NCBI GenBank assembly: GCA_040386535.1
Contig: JAZKFH010000055.1
Location: forward strand, 19,817 to 83,816
Reading direction: 5' to 3'
Origin: Myxococcota bacterium
Lineage (GTDB): Bacteria; Myxococcota_A; UBA796; SXON01
Length of the DNA stretch: 64,000 nucleotides
In this document: one piece after another, positions 58,307 to 64,000 of the stretch
Layout: the number at the start of each line of letters is the position of its first letter
How positions within the stretch are numbered: position 1 is the first letter of the stretch
Notes under the pieces: generated by a model
Seen by the model: only the letters and a program-made list of their open reading frames with translations
What the model was told of the DNA's origin: nothing
The model's database searches: none
Made by a program: the position numbers and the translations under genes

Positions 58307-60697
58307 GGCTGCGCATTCATCCCACGGCGACCGCATCCGGCGCGAGGGTGAAGAAAAAGGTGGCTCCGTGGCCGACCATACCCTGGGCCCAGATCCGCCC
58401 GCCGTGCCGTTGGACGATCCGCTGTACCGTCGCGAGCCCGATGCCGGTCCCCTCGAATTCGTGCGTTCCGTGTAGCCGCTCGAAGGGGGCGAAGAGGCGG
58501 ACCGCGTGGGCCATGTCGAAGCCGGCGCCGTCGTCACGGACGAAGAACACGCGCTCGCCCCCCTCGGTCCGCGCGCCGAACGTGATGTGCGCAGGCCTGC
58601 GACCGGAGGAGAACTTCCAGGCGTTCTCCAGCAGGTTCTGCAGCGCGCTCCGGAGGAGCGTCCCGTCCCCTTCGGCCGTCAGTGCCGTCTCCACGGTGAC
58701 GACCACGTCGCGAGTGGGGTCTGCCACGCGCAGGTCGGCCACGATGGAGCTCGCGAGGGCGCCGAGGTCGACCCGTTCGCAACGGAGCGCGCAACGCGAG
58801 ACGCGCGAGAGACGAAGGAGGTCGTCGATCAGTTGGGCCATGCGGCCCACCGCGGCGCGGATGCGGCCGAGGTTTTTACGCGAAGAGGCGCTGAGCGCGT
58901 CCTGCTCGTCTTGAACGAGGATCTGGCTGAAGCCGTCGATGGCCCGAAGGGGCGCCCGCAAGTCGTGGGAGACCGTGTAGCAGAACGTCTCCAGGTCCCG
59001 GTTGGTTTGCGAGAGCTCCCGGGTGCGCTCGGAGACGAGCTCCGCGAGGTGGTCCCGGTGCTGGAGGAGCTCCTCCTCGGCTCTGCGCTGCGCCGTAACG
59101 TCACGAAAACTCCAGACCCGGCCGACAACCTCGGCGTCGAGGCGTTGCGGCCGCGAGTACCGCTCGAGGATGCGCCCGTCTTGCAGGTGCAGCACGTCGA
59201 AGCTGTCCTCCTCGGGCCGTGTGTAGATTTCGCGGATGCGCACGGCGAAGCCCTCCGGATCGAGGAGCTGGTCCTCGGCGTGCTGCACGCCGAGCTCGTG
59301 GTCGCCGGTCTCGAGGACCTCGGCGGGGATCCGCCACATGGCGATGTAGCGCTGGTTGAAACCGGCGAGGCGGCGTGCGCGGTCGACCACGACCAGGCCC
59401 TCTCCGCTCGCCTCCAGGGTGGCCTCCAGGAGAGAAAGCGCGCGTAGGCGGCCGTGCTCCGCCCGCCTGCGCTCGTCGATGTCGGTGAGCGCCCCGACAA
59501 TTGCCACGACGCGGCCATCGCGCACCACGGGGGCCTCGTTGACCTCCACCCACAGCGGATCCCCGGACCGGCTGCGCACCTCGATCTCGTAGGCTGGCTG
59601 GCGCTGCCTCGTCCGGATCGCGCGCTCGGTGGCCTCCATCGCGAGTCGGTTGCTCGCGGAATCGGGCACGAAATCCGTCCAGCGGACCTTCGCCTCGTCG
59701 GGGTCACACCCGAAGAAGTGCCTGGACTGGGGGCTCATGTACGTGAACACCTGCTCCAGGTCGTGGGCGTAGAACATGTTGGTGCTGTGCTCGATGACGT
59801 CCCGGAGCCGCGCCTCGCTGTCCTGCACCGCCCGGGTCAGGCGATGGATCTCCGTGATGTCGGACGCGACACCGCCGACGGAGCGGGGCACACCATCGGG
59901 TCCGATGAGCGGAAACTTGGACACGAGGAAGGTGTGGGGTCGATCGTCCCGCGGGATCATCTGCTCGACCTCGACGACGCTCCGCGTCGCGAACACCTTG
60001 CCGTCCTCCCGTTTGAACCTCTCCGCGATCTCCGCCGAGAAGAGCTCCTCGTCCGTGCGCCCGAGGATCTCCTCCCGCCCCCGGCCCACGAACACCTCGA
60101 ACGAACGGTTCACGACGGAGTAGCGCCCGCGCGTGTCCTTCATGAACACCACCGCGGGGAGGTTTTCGAGGATGGTAGCCAGGAAGCGGCCGCGATCCTC
60201 CTCGGCCGACGCGCCCGCCCGTGTCGCCAGGACCGTGGCCACCGGGATGCCCGCCGCGACCAACAGCCCGGGGAACGCGCGCACCGCGTCGGCCCAGGCC
60301 ATGGGCTCTCCTCGCAGGGCGAACGTGATCGTCGCCGTGGCCGCGACCGCCAACGTGCACCCCATCGCACGGACGAACGAGCGGCCCGCCCGGAGGGGCG
60401 CATCGAGCCGGAGGAGTGCCGCTCCGGCCGCCGCTGGGACCGTCGCCGCGACAGCGTGCAGCAGCGCCCACGCGAGGGGCAGGGGGCCCGCGAGGTTGCT
60501 GGCGAGCACGCCGACGAGCGCACCCACGAACCCCCAGGGGCCGAGGACGAGCGGTGCGGCGAAGACCACGGTGAGGGTCAGCGCGGGCGTCCCGCTGGCC
60601 GGCGCACCCGACGCGAACGCCGCCCCTGCCGCTACGACCGCGGACGCCAGGAGCTTGGTCGCCAGGGTGTCGCCGCGCACGGCACCTCCGTCCCAAA

Positions 60698-63866
<3,169 letters not shown>

Positions 63867-63877
<11 letters not shown>

Positions 63878-64000
63878 GGCCTTCCCCCAGCTCGCTCTTC
63901 GCCAGCTCGCTCTTGAGGGTGAAGGCGCCCTCGACGACGACCGGCTCGCCGGGGGTCAGGCCCTCCGCGAGGTGGACGTCACTTCCGTGCCGCGACGCGA
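63867..64000 (-). CDS. C-terminal fragment of an RND periplasmic adaptor (CzcB/CusB, HlyD-family); the gene continues beyond the window
   Basis: My manual minus-strand translation gives '...[41 protein letters not shown]', with TGA at 63867-63869 overlapping the RND ATG (63877). The pattern 'GL.PG..VV..G...LKSEL...' is typical of adaptor C-termini. It is absent from the ORF track because there is no in-window start. Confidence 0.7.

Overview
High-GC (about 70%, judged by eye) bacterial chromosomal segment. It is most consistent with a myxobacterium, given eight Hanks-type Ser/Thr kinase domains, FHA/PP2C/vWA signalling genes and an AgmX/PglI-type C-terminal domain. I call about 33 protein-coding genes, one tRNA-Thr-derived remnant and one terminator-like hairpin. 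I saw no rRNA, CRISPR array, transposase or integrase. All calls come from reading the six-frame track and recognising motifs by eye. No searches were run, so family names are hypotheses and start codons are approximate, because high-GC ORFs are often over-extended at the 5' end.

Layout:
- 59-3721 (+): E1/ThiF-like enzyme, repeat/glycine-zipper protein, metallophosphoesterase and an unknown.
- 3861-14413 (-): a membrane P-loop GTPase-like protein translationally coupled to a Ser/Thr-kinase-HEPN fusion, then a 1844-aa kinase/SF1-helicase/nuclease fusion.
- 14.4-21.8 kb: a visibly lower-GC patch with an EcsC-TerB protein, a 724-aa unknown and a 1083-aa HEPN + EVE/PUA-like protein.
- 21792-40464 (-): a nine-gene, translationally coupled operon. 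It contains Zn-ribbon-FHA, vWA-FHA, PP2C, two exported proteins with a shared cytoplasmic tail module, a tubulin-like GTPase with an intact GGTGSGG signature, a degenerate tubulin-like paralog, a membrane-anchored inactivated helicase with a DUF1998 zinc finger, and a kinase with a solute-binding sensor.
- 40527-43756 (+): pseudokinase plus an SBP-LysM lipoprotein.
- 43728-50427 (-): four tandem kinases.
- 50604-54178 (+): a McrBC-like pair next to the tRNA-Thr remnant.
- 54558-64000: GT-C-like membrane protein, 2OG-Fe(II) oxygenase, PAS histidine kinase and a CzcA/CzcB-type RND efflux pair.

The best candidate for an undescribed system is the tubulin-like/FHA/vWA/PP2C/STK/DUF1998 operon. The kinase-HEPN + GTPase pair and the HEPN-EVE giant protein are secondary candidates.
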